The notes: a model not told the origin generated them from the sequence alone. Positions 26,941 to 38,648 are shown, numbered from the stretch's first letter. The stretch is 55,934 nucleotides of DNA from Dirinaria sp. TL-2023a (GCA_051941275.1 JAVEBF010000015.1:1-55934); one strand, 5' to 3'. Program-made: numbers and translations.

Positions 26941-27799
26941 TGTGGGGGTATCAGAAGGGAGTAGAAATGGAACAATGTCAATGAATGTATGATTGGGCCC
27001 CCATGAACCGCAGGGTTTGGAGTAAAGACTGGTCCTGCGAACCCAAGCAAAAGAAGGAAAGAAGAGAAGAGGAAGGAAGGGCTGGCTCCAAGTAGTCAAT
27101 TTAAGCTTCGTCCACATGCGCTCTTGGGTACTCACTAGGTACTTCTCGACCAACGGTCATATCGATTAGAAGATTTGGTGCAATGTCATCAAATCTAAAC
27201 TCTTTCTTTACCGATAGCTGTCATGATGCTGAGATGGTGCGTGACCACACGGCACCACGGGATAGCGGTACTTAAGAAATGGATGAGAAACTTAATAAGG
27301 AGAGAGAGAAGGGAAGACACAAGATACAAATGAATGGACGGTCGTGACCACACGACACCACAATATTTGTACTGATCTGACTGGGTTTCTAACCTCAGCA
27401 AGGAGAGAAAGAAGAGGAAAGGAAGGAAAGTTGACTTGAAACGACCTTTCTAAGCTTCGACATCACGTGCCAATCGGATATTCACTACTCTACGACCGAG
27501 GTACATGTACATTTACTGCCGCTACAACACCTTCACTTTGCTACTTTCACTGTGTTATTGAACGATTTATTTATCTAAAAGTGGCGCATTCATGGTAAAC
27601 TCATCTATCCTCGCTCCGTTGAGATCATTTTGCTTTTTTTTTCTTGATTTCATTCCGTTAAAGCACAGAGTATGCCACGATTAATTATATCTATTTAGGT
27701 GATAAACCACCATCAAAATTATCCCTGCTCGTATTGAGTTGGTGAGAGCAGACTTGAAAGATGCATTGAAATCTTATCATTTCACATGACCTCGCTTCA

Positions 27800-30540
27800 C
27801 TTGGGCCTACATGTTGTCTCCTGCTCTGGATTCACATCTTAGAAAACTCTCTCATTTCTTCCAAATGTCTCTGCTTCTTTCCTCTTCTACTTTATATTAT
27901 CTATTGCTTTACTTGCTTTTTCTCTCTGCTACCCTTTGCGTGCATCTACACAACATCATAATAACTAAAAATAACTTCCAACATACCTGTTTTTCGTTTT
28001 CATATTCACATTACATGCCAGGGTCGGTATCAGTCAGGATCACTGGAAGCCGAAGTGGTATATTTTCATGAAGTCTCATCTTCGCTTAATGACTAACTTT
28101 ACCTGGAATGGAGAAGCAGAATCTTCAAAGACTCAGTCCAGACGTCAAGGCAAGATGCCTGAGGTGAGCTCTCTCGAACATGATCGCCGCTACGGTGCTC
28201 ACATTCAACAGTACGCCTACCCACCACCATGATTTCAGGATGCTACTGCTCCGGAGAAGGGGTTTCCTCGGTCGACAACATTGGCACCATGGGACGATGC
28301 GCCGCATCCTGAGAATCCATCCACCGAATGGCCAACAGTCAACTGGGACGATGCCCTCCTTCAACGACAGAGCAGCTTGCGCATTTTTCTGAACATGCCG
28401 AGCAGTTCGAAGAATGATAAAGCTTAATGATCAGATCAAGCGCCACAGGCAGCTCGCTGTCTTCAATCGTAGAGATACAGAATTCCATGAAATCGTATGT
28501 GACAAGCGTTGCTACATCGAAAGCTCTATGGGCCAATCAATCTTAGGCTGATCTCAGTCACATTTCCGAAATTCCAGACATGGAAATGTACATCATTTTC
28601 GAAGACCAACAAAGCTACCTCGAGGTTCTTATTAGATTGCCTCGGGAAGTGCATTCCGTAACGACGGCTCCGGAAAAAGAGACGCAGAAAAAGAGTGTTA
28701 GGTTTCATAGTTAATCTCTTCCACATCACAACGAACTTCAGTGGAGCAAGATTGACTCAAGAAATTTAAAAGTATTTCGCCAACTCTAGAGTCGTTTCCA
28801 TCGTGAGCGAAAATCGTCAACGTGATAACCTCTGAATCGTGTATATATATATTTCTTTCTCTCTCTCATATATATTTCAGCCATACTCTCGAAACTGCTT
28901 CTGTTAAAATCTTGTAAAATATCTTCAAAATCGAGAAATTTAACTGTTTTTTCACTAAACAACCATTGAATCTCCGATATTTTGCACAGATTCAAGGAGA
29001 TTATATACAATATACCTGGACGAAATTACCTTCTTTTCTACATGTATCTTTCCAGGGATCGTGGCCCAATTTTCAGTTCAAAAATGTATTCTTCATTCTC
29101 ATTGAAGACCAATTACAGCTGCTACCAATCTTCAAGAGCTCGAATTTCAAGGGACTTCAGAACCTTTTCATCGAACAATTGCCCACTTCACTTATGAAAC
29201 GTCTTTGGAGACGCGGCTCTCCAACCTACATGTTAACAGAACAGCAAAGGACTTTGTGCAGGGTTAGAGGAACTTTTCAATGAACTCTTCTATAACGGAA
29301 AAATAACCAATGACCAAAATATCGCGGTCGTTGATCGTTCACAAGCATAAAATGCTATTGCATGGAATCATGACAAGTACGAGGTTCACGATGGAACTCC
29401 TCATGTTTGTCTCAATACTCAAGACGGTGTTAAGATCACCTCAACTGATCCAAGTCGATACAATCTGCGCAAAGTTGCGGCTGTCGTTTTCGCGATTATG
29501 TTCAAAATCAATGATGGACTCTGAAAGCCATTCAAAATTTTCATCATCTCCCCTTACAGAGCTCAAAACAACGTCTATCGAAAATTTCTACGAAAGCTTA
29601 AATCTATACGAAGTATGCGTTGATACGATCGACAGCATGCAGAATCATGAAAATCATATATTATTTTTAACATCATTCTTGTCAAAACTCGACGAGCAAT
29701 TACAAATTCATGAAGAATCGACTCTGATGCAGATAATTCTACATCTAGATTCAGAGACAAGTTCCTCTTCACTTGTGACATGATGACACTGCAATCAAGC
29801 GAATCAAGCAGTAAACAGCTGCTCAAAATGATTTATAAGAAACGATGAATCGTCGAGACAACGAGACGAGAGAAAAACTATCAAGCATCTTAACGCTCTA
29901 TTCAAATCTTTCTTTAAAAATCGCGTGGCTGTCAATATCAATGACAAAAACTCCGAGAAAAGAATTCTCGATCTGACTTTGAAAAGGTTCGTAAATTTGT
30001 TAAAAAGCGAGAAACCATAAAAAAGCATTTTACTTGTCATAACTGCGACAAAAAGAATCACCGTACAAACACACGCAAGTATTTAAAGACTAAAAAAAAA
30101 ACCCGTTTTCGATGCGGATCATTTCAGCATCTTCAGAGCGAATACGATGCAAATCTATACAGTATCTCCTCAAACATTGAACCACCCATCTAAAAATTGC
30201 ACTGACTCAGACAAGCGGATTCTGCAGAGGATACGAACGGTATCAGGCTCATTCCAAGAATCGCCGCTTTGTGAAAAGACAGATTTAACGAAATGGCGAG
30301 TATTTCGTGCTTAAAACCAAGCTTAAAGCCAGAGCTAAGCCTTCGAATCCGAAACCCCATATGATCCCGCAACGACAAATACCCAGATACCGCAAGGATG
30401 GGAGAAAATGGAGATCCAAAGAGACGGGCTTCGCAGCTCCAACAACACTCGCTCGGGATATGATGGATGACGAGCGAAGGCTGGAAATGAACTCTGATTT
30501 GTCCCTTTGGCGTCGAAGGTCTTATATAAGACGGTGGTAA
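27800..30540 (+). pseudogene. Decayed SF1 UPF1/DNA2/NAM7-like (AAA_11/AAA_12) helicase with C-terminal CCHC zinc knuckles
   Basis: Ordered motif relics across frames: LPGMEK (~28099, cf. PPGTGK), ALSN (28168, cf. APSN), IYLDEI (29010), LIEDQLQLLP (29098, cf. LIGDxxQLPP), SLMKRL, MLTEQQR, IISPYRAQ (29543), TIDSMQNHE (29625, cf. TVDSFQGRE), SRFRD, CHNCDKKNH (30035), FRCGSFQH (~30106). Boundaries approximate. Confidence 0.75.
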
Positions 30541-32085
30541 GGGATATTAGTAGAGCTAGTGTGGAAGCCGATGGACAAGTTATTATTGGGGAAGGCAGTG
30601 CCGCATACCATTTCGGGCAATACGAAAACCATAGCGAGATCTTACAGCGGAGAAAATTCGAGAAATTGGGATGAGTACAGTGACGAAGACCATGAACGGT
30701 TTACGACCGCAAATGGTGGAAGCTGTTAAAAATCAAATCATTACCTCTTTTTCTACAAGTAACTTTTGCTTTGGCGTTTTTTTTAAATTAGGTATTTTGA
30801 ATCTCTGTGTCTATCGTGCTTTTTCGGAAGGAGTTTCAGATAGGATTTTTAGATAGTTGTATAGATAAGTATATCCCACTCCCATCAATGAGTATATCCC
30901 ATTCTCAATTTTATTCAGGGAGAGCTGTGGTCTCTTCTGATATCTCTGTCGTCTCGACGAATACCTGATATTTTTCCCAGCTAGATCTACGTCTGTCTAT
31001 TATTAGTGACTAGTGGTACAGCGGTGCCAGTAACACTTCTCTTTCTCTCCTTTTAACTCATTCGTTTGATCGTCCGTAGCAGCATAGAAGCAGTTCTCGC
31101 TCTTATAAGGTTTATCAACTTTAATGTGGAAGGAATTCATGATTCATCATCTTCTTCTTTAGATGACGTATGACACTTTCTTTAAAGTTCGGGGGGAAGT
31201 ATTGAGGAATGGATCATTTGAAGTTAGGGCGGAGAAGGGATTCTTCGCTGACACTATCCAAAGCAAAAAAAAAGACCACCGTGAATATAACATAGTGGAA
31301 TTTGAAATAGATCCACTGTCATTAGAATATCCCTTCTCATATTTTTTTCCATCTGGGAAGTTTTTGTTATATGACGCCGCAGATTTCATGACGTTGCTTT
31401 CTATACTCTATTAGGGTGGATTTTTTAAGCAAAAAGGTTTTCATGAACGGGATGATGGAGTTGATTTCTCGTGGTTGTGTCGTTGTGGGATGGATATATC
31501 GTTAACGATTAGAGGTTTTAGAGCGCTAGAGAAAACATGAGAGGGGAATATATAAATGAGGCGAGTAGCGAGAGGAAGAAGCATGGGATGTTTGTGTGGT
31601 GGCACTGAGAATCAGATCGTTAGCTAAGTGTTAAGTATTTAGATTCTATGTGTCAAATTGAAGCTAGGATTCTTTTCCCGCTTTTTGAGCGCAGATGCTT
31701 GAAAGCTTTTTTCGATAAGTTTTTGCAAAGAAATTGATCTTTGTCTTCTTTCCATGATATACGCCACTTCTAAGATGTTGATGAATACAGCAGTCGTGAT
31801 GGAATCGTTCGTTTGCACGATCAAAGAAAGAAGGAATTACTCAACGAATGGGTAAATCAAAGAGCAAGGATGTGTTCAAAGAGCGGGGGTCAGACATCTT
31901 GTATGAACGCTATCGATATGCATTTCACATTATCTGAGAGGTGGGAAAATTGGAAATATGGTTCTAGACTAAAGCAGTAAAGCTATCTATGTGCGACGTC
32001 ATCCGAAGACAAAGATCAGTGAATGAATCCGCGATTTCTATCGCGGGCTAAGTAGTAAGTACTTCCCTACTCCCCCTGAACGAAA

Positions 32086-35000
32086 TTACTCGTCATTTTC
32101 GGCTGCAGACGACTCCTCTGGACTTCCTTCTGAAGAAGAAGAGTCAAAGGACACATCACTGCCTGAAGTATCTTCTAACGTACAACTCCTTGGGTGCCTA
32201 AAAAGGCCCTTTTCGAACCAGTTGCTCTCGTCCACATCTTCGGCGGGATCTAACACATATATCGATTGCCGATTGTGATCTACGCGCCAGCCTGCTTTGA
32301 CTTCCCCATCCATCAGTGAGCACAGCGGGGTACGTTGCCATACCTCTTCTAACCGTTTTTCTAGCTGTAGCTTTAAATTGTTGAAGCTTCTCGCTGAGCC
32401 GTCTTCCCAAGACAATAAGCATTCCACGGCTTGCCCCAGATATACAGAGTCTTCATCATTCGGAACTGATACCTCAGCATAGAGGCCTGGTTTTCTGCTA
32501 CCCAGTTGCAGAAAAAGCACTTTTGTCGTAGTATCCTCTATAGACAATGTGGGTGGCCTAACGTCAGACTTAAATTAGCGATATGGCGTAAGTCAGTTAC
32601 GGGGAAGTGAAAATAGCAGACGGTGCACGAAAATTTGTGCAGAAAGGCGACAACGCAAATGCGAAGGACCATTCGAAAATCGAGAACTATAGCTGAACAG
32701 ACGAGGATTTTTGAAATTTGCTAGTGCGAGGCCAGAATGTTCACAGTATGTCTTCTAAAGAAGAGCAGTGGATAGGAAAAGTCACTATATCTTGTTGAAC
32801 CGCCAAAAAATGCAATATCTTGGGGGTCGGCATGCTTGCACTGGAACCTTTTGAGTTTAACTCGGAACATACATACCTCCACTGAGGTTTAGATACCGTA
32901 AGCTTATCAATTTGCTGCATGACGAAACAGCATAGCCTAACGGGACTCATTTCAACCAAGATGTAGTTTCCTCCTAGGAAGAAGTACTTCTGTGAAGAGT
33001 CGTAGCTTATCAACCAATCATCGGACGGAAACAATCTTAAGAGACATCGACCTTTTGAAGTAGTCAGGAGAGGAAGAAGCAGTTCAACAGTTTCAGCAGC
33101 GTGTCGTGCTAGCTGCTTGTCTCGCAGTAAACTCGATTGCAGTATCGAGAACAAAACCTCTGAGGCTGGATAATACAACTTAGTATTTATGCAGTGTCTG
33201 GTCTGAATATCTGCATTGTGTAGAACAAGCCAGGAGATCAATGACAGGTTTCTGGATGCATCGTCACGACCTAAACCGAGTGCTGCGCAGAGTACAAGAA
33301 AACCACGATAGTAAGGGCTAACATAATGCTTCTCATCCTCGATATAATGGCGAATGTATTCTTCACACCCAAAAAGAGCTACAGCACTCTCAAAATCTGC
33401 TACAGGACTGAATATATTTTGTGCCCAAAATTCGATGTACCCAATGTCAAGTTTGGGGCGCGCCGGTACGCTCAAGCATTGTCCAAGTCGCTTAAGGGTA
33501 ATGAGTAGTCCCTTATCTTGTTCAGGAGGGAGCTGTGCAATGCTGTCAATCATATAAATCATCCAATTACTCGTTAAAGTTGTCAGTCCTTGAATCGAGG
33601 CTGCTATTCTTGCTTTTATGACATTCTGGAGGCGCAATTCTGACGTGGTGTCAGGGTGACCAAGTAGCCTCTTTCCGTCTATAGTGTTCGTTAAGAAGTC
33701 TCGGGCTGTTCGATGCAACAACCTGATTTTGGTTTTATGGTAGATGAGGAGCGAATTATCGCCCTCCGGAGATTCTGCAGAATATCCTTCTTCAATCATC
33801 CCGACCTCTATTAGGCCCGCACATCTACTAGAAATCCAAGTTTTCAACCTCTCGCAGCCTATGGCAATATCGTCTGGGTCTTGCGGTACGAAATTTTGGA
33901 CGTATTTCTCTTGAAGAGGCTTATTGACTGCTACCAGCATCTCAAAAAGTGACATTGGGAAAAACTCCATCTAAGAGAAGTACGTAGCTGCCTCATGACG
34001 GTAACGTTGCTCGTGCCCGTTGAGACGGTTCCACATCTGGAGATAAAGTTGCTGCATCCCATCGGGCAAATCCTCTATCCGATCTAAGAGGTCCTTGAAG
34101 TCGTCCTCGTTTCTTATTCCTCTCATCAAGCTGCTAAGCGCATAATGCACCCAAAGGAACACACCATCAGCCTTCTGTGTCATAAAATATACAATTCTAT
34201 CAGACTGATATTCGCTGAGAGATTGCTGGTGGTCCTTTTCGCATACACGATGAAGCTCATCACGGATGCATATTTCCATATCATACGCCGTTAAGTCCTG
34301 TAACCGAATCTGGCTGTATTGCGATAAGCGGTTCACTATATAATTCTCAGGGCGGCTCGATACGCAGATTTTGATCTTGTCAGCTGTAGAGAACTCCTCG
34401 ATGAAGCCCAGTAGGTAATCTATATCATCGCGTTGATCAAACTCATCGAGGCCGTCGACGAAAATACAAATCGGACAGACCATCAAATCCGTCAACAGCG
34501 AAAGGACTTTTCGTAAATCGTCATCAGACCAATCGTGAGTGCTGCGCTTCATGAGCAGAGTCTCATCGCTATAGATGGACTTCTCAACGAGTTGCTCGTC
34601 GCCAATAACGATTTGCCGGACTAGAGAGCAGAGAAGCCCTTTTAGACTCCTCTGCATTCTGCCACCTGATAGCCAGAAAAAATAGTTTGCGACGAGAATA
34701 TCGGAGTCTGGATACCACTGCGCAAGTAGACGTTCTGTCCGCGAATCGTTGGCAAGGAACTTCATGAGCGTGCTTTTGCCCGATCCAGCTTTACCGTTAA
34801 TCCAGTAAATACGCTCGTCTCCTTGAAGCCATTTCACGAAACTATTCCAAGGGCGTTTGATGTCATCCTCGAACATCCACTCGAAAGTCTGGGGATGAGA
34901 TGATTTCACTTCATTCATACGGAGGTTGATTTCGTCGAACGTCAATGACGTGAGAAACTACTCGTACTGCTGCCGAGAAACGCGCTCTTTTCTGTCTTCG

Positions 35001-35732
35001 CTTCGGTACTGATCCTGCGATATTTTGAGATCTTTCATGGCTCTCTCAATCTGCTTTTCCGCATGCTGTCTTGTGTGAATATGTTGCTCCTCGTTAGCTT
35101 TTATGGCCTTCGCTAACTCAGCGGTGAGCTCATTTGAGACAGATATATGGCAAGACGCCAAGTTTGCGGACAGCTGAGAGAGCTGTTCTTGATGTTTTAG
35201 GTAGTGCTCCTCGGACTGGGATTCCAGGGTACCAAGCTCCTGCCTTGATATAAGGCGTCAGTGACCAGTTGCAAAGGCAGCATCTACAGACATGCCTAAT
35301 ATTAATCAAAACTTTTGAATCCAAGATTTTCTGATACTCGTCAAGTCTGTTCTTGAGTTTCTCGATCGTTCTTTTCTTTCTCTTCTTCAAGAAAAACTTA
35401 GACGTAGTTTCTCCAACCCCACCGGCAGCGCTTCTACGTAGCGACTGAAGCTCTGCTTGGAGCTCATTGGCAGTGTCACGACATTGGGAGCAAAGCTCTT
35501 CCAAGTCGATACCGCCTCTCAGAACTTTGGGGCCAGTGACAGGACTGCTCATAAGTGAGTCACTCAGAGCTGAATAACTTTTCTGGAGATGTTCGCTAGT
35601 GTATAGCAGTCGAGAATCTTCGATTGCGGCTCCCTGTGTGTATATTTGATGACATATAGTGACGGCTTTGACAGCGGCGTCAACAAGCTGCACAACGTTA
35701 GCGACCAGCCCGACAGCTGATAGCGGATCCAT
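32086..35732 (-). pseudogene. NACHT-domain NLR-like (STAND) gene with SesA/HeLo-like N-terminus, interrupted by two in-frame TAG codons
   Basis: MDPLSAVGLVANVVQLVD N-terminus; Walker A IYWINGKAGSGKSTLMK; Walker B CIFVDGLDE; KICVSSRP; ADGVFLWV; LLHRTARDFL. Inferred introns 35244-35295 (GC-AG) and 32558-32876. Stops at 34958-34960 and 33971-33973, with the frame otherwise preserved. Confidence 0.85.
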
Positions 35733-36297
35733 GATGAGCAAATCGGGGTGAATGCAATCATTACCTTTCGTCGATAAGCACTTTGCACAACCCGAAAGAG
35801 CCTGCTGTGCGATCAGGCTAGATGCCTACACAGAGGGAGTCGGAGTAAGTTTCTCTCATGGGGTTAGAGCCTTGGCACGCATATTCTTATCCCGTTATCC
35901 TCATGATATCTCATGTACATACTGTACAGCGCATCAGATCACTCTCAGCACACCACCCCTCCCTCTAATCTATCCAAGCAAAATCTCTTCTCAATCACGT
36001 ACTAGCCACCATATATGCCGAGCGGTTTAAGATAAACGACATATTCTCTCCCTCTAAAAATCGCTAAATTATTCAAGGCTATTTTTTTTTTCTCCCTGCC
36101 ACGCAAAACTCGGCGCCCAGGAGTTAAAGAACTGTCAAATCAGCCGTTTGAAATGTTACTTAACAATCAGCAATTCGGCATTGACAGTGGTGCTTCCATA
36201 GCGAATCAGTTCACCATCAGATCATTAAAACGGCTGTCCGTGATATTTGACACTACTCTGTCAAAGTAGAGAGTTGGTGGGCTTAATCTTGAAGTAT

Positions 36298-36466
36298 TTT
36301 TGAAGTGGGTGACCCTATGGAGGTCGCATTGGGTTCTATACTCCATACTTCTATGTGTATGTAGGTTGGTTATTTACATGGCAACCTTTATGTGCGGAGG
36401 TCTGTACCCCGATTGGGCCTAGCGCCCTCTCTGCCGGGTATGCCCTATGCCGCTCACTTTCCAACA
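36298..36466 (-). repeat. 3' LTR (169 bp)
   Basis: Reads TGTTGGAAAG...TTCAAAA on the minus strand; matches 38483-38648 with 4 substitutions and 2 small indels. Confidence 0.93.
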
Positions 36467-36475
36467 CTCCCACTC
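36467..36475 (-). promoter_or_regulatory. Polypurine tract of the LTR element
   Basis: GAGTGGGAG directly before the TG of the 3' LTR. Confidence 0.8.
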
Positions 36476-36740
36476 GGCATGCGCATATCTATTGACATGG
36501 CCTAACTCCCACTGCTTCTAGGCCCAATTGAACAACATTGCCGTGATCTAACTCTCACTGCTTCTAAGGTCCAATTGATCAGCAAGTCGTTTGAGGGTAT
36601 CCTTAGGCAACGGTAGAAATGAAAACGGTCGTTTGAAGCTTGCGATGCAGAGCAATTGCATTTGCTCCCCCGAGGCTGTATTCTCTGTTGTCGATAGAGT
36701 CTCTTGTATGCAGTGTTCGCGGCCTCTGCGGCTTCTTTTT

Positions 36741-36850
36741 CTTCTGCTCTCTATAGAGCTAGAAGAGGTGTACCTCGTCTGCGGCTCCTTCTTCTTCTTC
36801 TGCTCTCTATAGAGCTAGGAGAGGTGTACGTCGTCTGCGGCTTCTCCTCT
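36741..36850. repeat. ~56-bp tandem duplication inside the LTR element
   Basis: cttctgctctctatagagctag(a/g)agaggtgtac(c/g)tcgtctgcggct starts at 36741 and again at 36797. Confidence 0.8.
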
Positions 36851-37206
36851 TCTCTCACTCTCTCACTCTCCCCCTCGTATCTGTCGTGCGGGAATCGATC
36901 AAGTAGGGTAATAGGGATGACGATGAGATTGCCGTGTTAGACATAGACGAAACTCAATAAGAAAATAAAGAAGAAATATTCCTATAAACGGGAGCCGACG
37001 GTGAGGTTTGATTTGATCGTGTAAAGTATTAAAACCCCTGAGTTAAGAAGTCAAATAACAAGCATTAAAATAAACTCTCTCAGAAAAAGCTCCCCCACAA
37101 TGATATTCCCTCAAAAATTAGGGCGATGGGTGAGTAAAGAATAAAAGCCAAATGGCTCAGTCAAATGACTGTTTGACGACTTATAAGTATGTCGGGCAGG
37201 GCAGTT

Positions 37207-38310
37207 TCATAAGGCATGTGAGGGACTTGTCGACAATTGGCGTGAGATTTTCACCCTTTTTGCATGGTCATTGTACACACTGTTCCAAGCTCTTATTTGA
37301 CTGAATTGATAAGGTGCCGAAATATGTGATGTATGTCGTTTGCATGATGGGTTGGATTTGAAATGCATGCTGGCAGGTGCATGCGTAAACATTTTGGTTT
37401 GCCATTTTGCAGATGCAGGTGTAGGCAAGAAATATGAGGTAATACGCGTCTGTTGCGATGGTTTCTTGGTGCTTTTGAACATGCGAAACAGGTCGTCTAT
37501 AGTCATGTAGGTGATCGGCTTTTTGATAGGATTCTGATATGGTATGGCAGGTGAAGTTGGAGGTGTAGGTGGCGGTGTAGGAAGTGCAGGAGGTGCTTTG
37601 TGCGCTTCTAAGCTTTGTTGTAGTTGTTGCACTTGCTTGATAAGTTCTTTGTTATGTTCTTGCAACTGACTATTTGCCTGACGAAGTTCTTGAAGCTCTT
37701 TCTCATGCGATTTAGAGGTGGTTGATGTAGGAGAGGTATCGATGCTGGCGATGATGGAGAAGAATAATGTAGGCGTTAAAGCAATAGATGAGATGACTGC
37801 GAAAGATGTTTCTGATGCTGCATCTGACTTCTTTGCATGATGTTCTCGTACATGATCATGCAATTTGGTGTAGCTAGAAAGTTTAGCAGGGCAACGTCTG
37901 CATTTAAAGCCTTCTGCTGCTTTGATCAAACGAGTTTCTTTTTCTTGCTTTGCTTTCTGCTCTGCTTTCTTTTCGCGGGCTTTTTTCTGCTTTTCGCGAG
38001 CTTCTTTCTGCAAACTCTGCTCGTGTTGCTTTACCCATTGATCTGCGTATAGCTTTTGTGCTCTTAAGAACCAAACACATTTGCTTCCTCTTTTAAGATG
38101 ACTTTCGTACAGAGCTTTAGGATCTTTTCTCAGTCTTGCATAGTCCTCGACATGATGTTCTGAGGCTTCTGAAACGCATTTGCAAAGAAGAGGTGTGTAG
38201 GGCAGAAAGATACTAGATTCTTCTGAGAGTGACGTCGACGAGGTAATTGACATGGACGAAGAAGAGAATAACGAGGCGGCTTCGGACAAGAAAATTGAGG
38301 ATGAAGTCAT
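37207..38310 (-). CDS. LTR-element-borne C2H2 zinc-finger / coiled-coil protein, 367 aa from first ATG
   Basis: FKCRRCPAKLSSYTKLHDHVREHH (C-x2-C-x12-H-x4-H), K/E-rich and Q-rich coiled coils, Pro-rich linker, YMTIDDLFRMF segment. Same strand as the PBS and PPT. Confidence 0.75.
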   Translation of the reverse strand: MTSSSIFLSEAASLFSSSSMSITSSTSLSEESSIFLPYTPLLCKCVSEASEHHVEDYARLRKDPKALYESHLKRGSKCVWFLRAQKLYADQWVKQHEQSLQKEAREKQKKAREKKAEQKAKQEKETRLIKAAEGFKCRRCPAKLSSYTKLHDHVREHHAKKSDAASETSFAVISSIALTPTLFFSIIASIDTSPTSTTSKSHEKELQELRQANSQLQEHNKELIKQVQQLQQSLEAHKAPPALPTPPPTPPTSPAIPYQNPIKKPITYMTIDDLFRMFKSTKKPSQQTRITSYFLPTPASAKWQTKMFTHAPASMHFKSNPSCKRHTSHISAPYQFSQIRAWNSVYNDHAKRVKISRQLSTSPSHAL

Positions 38311-38470
38311 GTTGTAGATAGTATTTGAAGAAAGAATTTGCTGGTGCAATTGCTAGGTGCCTATGCTGGCGAGCTAGATGCTTTTCGAAGCTGGCGTCGT
38401 TGTCGCTGACAAGCTGAGTGTTACACAGTAACTAGGTGCCTTAGGAAGACAGCGATATAGCTGCTAACCC

Positions 38471-38482
38471 GGGCTCATAACC
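38471..38482 (-). promoter_or_regulatory. Primer-binding site, half-tRNA-iMet type
   Basis: GGTTATGAGCCC immediately after the 5' LTR; this is the PBS type of yeast Ty5 and Drosophila copia. Confidence 0.85.
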
Positions 38483-38648
38483 TTTTGAACTGGGTGACCC
38501 TATGGAGGTCGCATTGGTTCTATTCTGCATTCTTCTATGTGTATAGGTTGGTTATTTACATGGCAACCTTTATGTGCGGAGGTCTGTACCCCGATTGGGC
38601 CTAGCGCCCTCTCTGCCGGGTATGCCCTATGCCGCTCACTTTCCAACA
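38483..38648 (-). repeat. 5' LTR (166 bp)
   Basis: Partner of 36298-36466; followed by the PBS on the minus strand. Confidence 0.93.

Larger units (their letters stand above)
36298..38648 (-). mobile_element. Non-autonomous Ty1/copia-type LTR retroelement, 2351 bp
   Basis: Direct repeats 36298-36466 and 38483-38648. TSD AGTAT at 36293-36297 and 38649-38653. PBS GGTTATGAGCCC abuts the 5' LTR and PPT GAGTGGGAG abuts the 3' LTR. No gag/pol ORF. Confidence 0.92.

Noticed and set aside
30030..30150. Zinc knuckles as retrotransposon gag
   Set aside because: They follow SF1 helicase motifs directly, and no protease, RT, integrase or LTRs are associated.
31159..31414. 83-aa ORF MTYDTFFKVRGEV
   Set aside because: Short, in AT-rich sequence, with no recognisable domain or splice partner.
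3100..34960. Genome-wide TAG reassignment suggested by four in-frame TAG codons
   Set aside because: Intact genes in the window (EI24-like, DHA1 MFS, PPxY protein) terminate at TAG, so it is a normal stop codon here.
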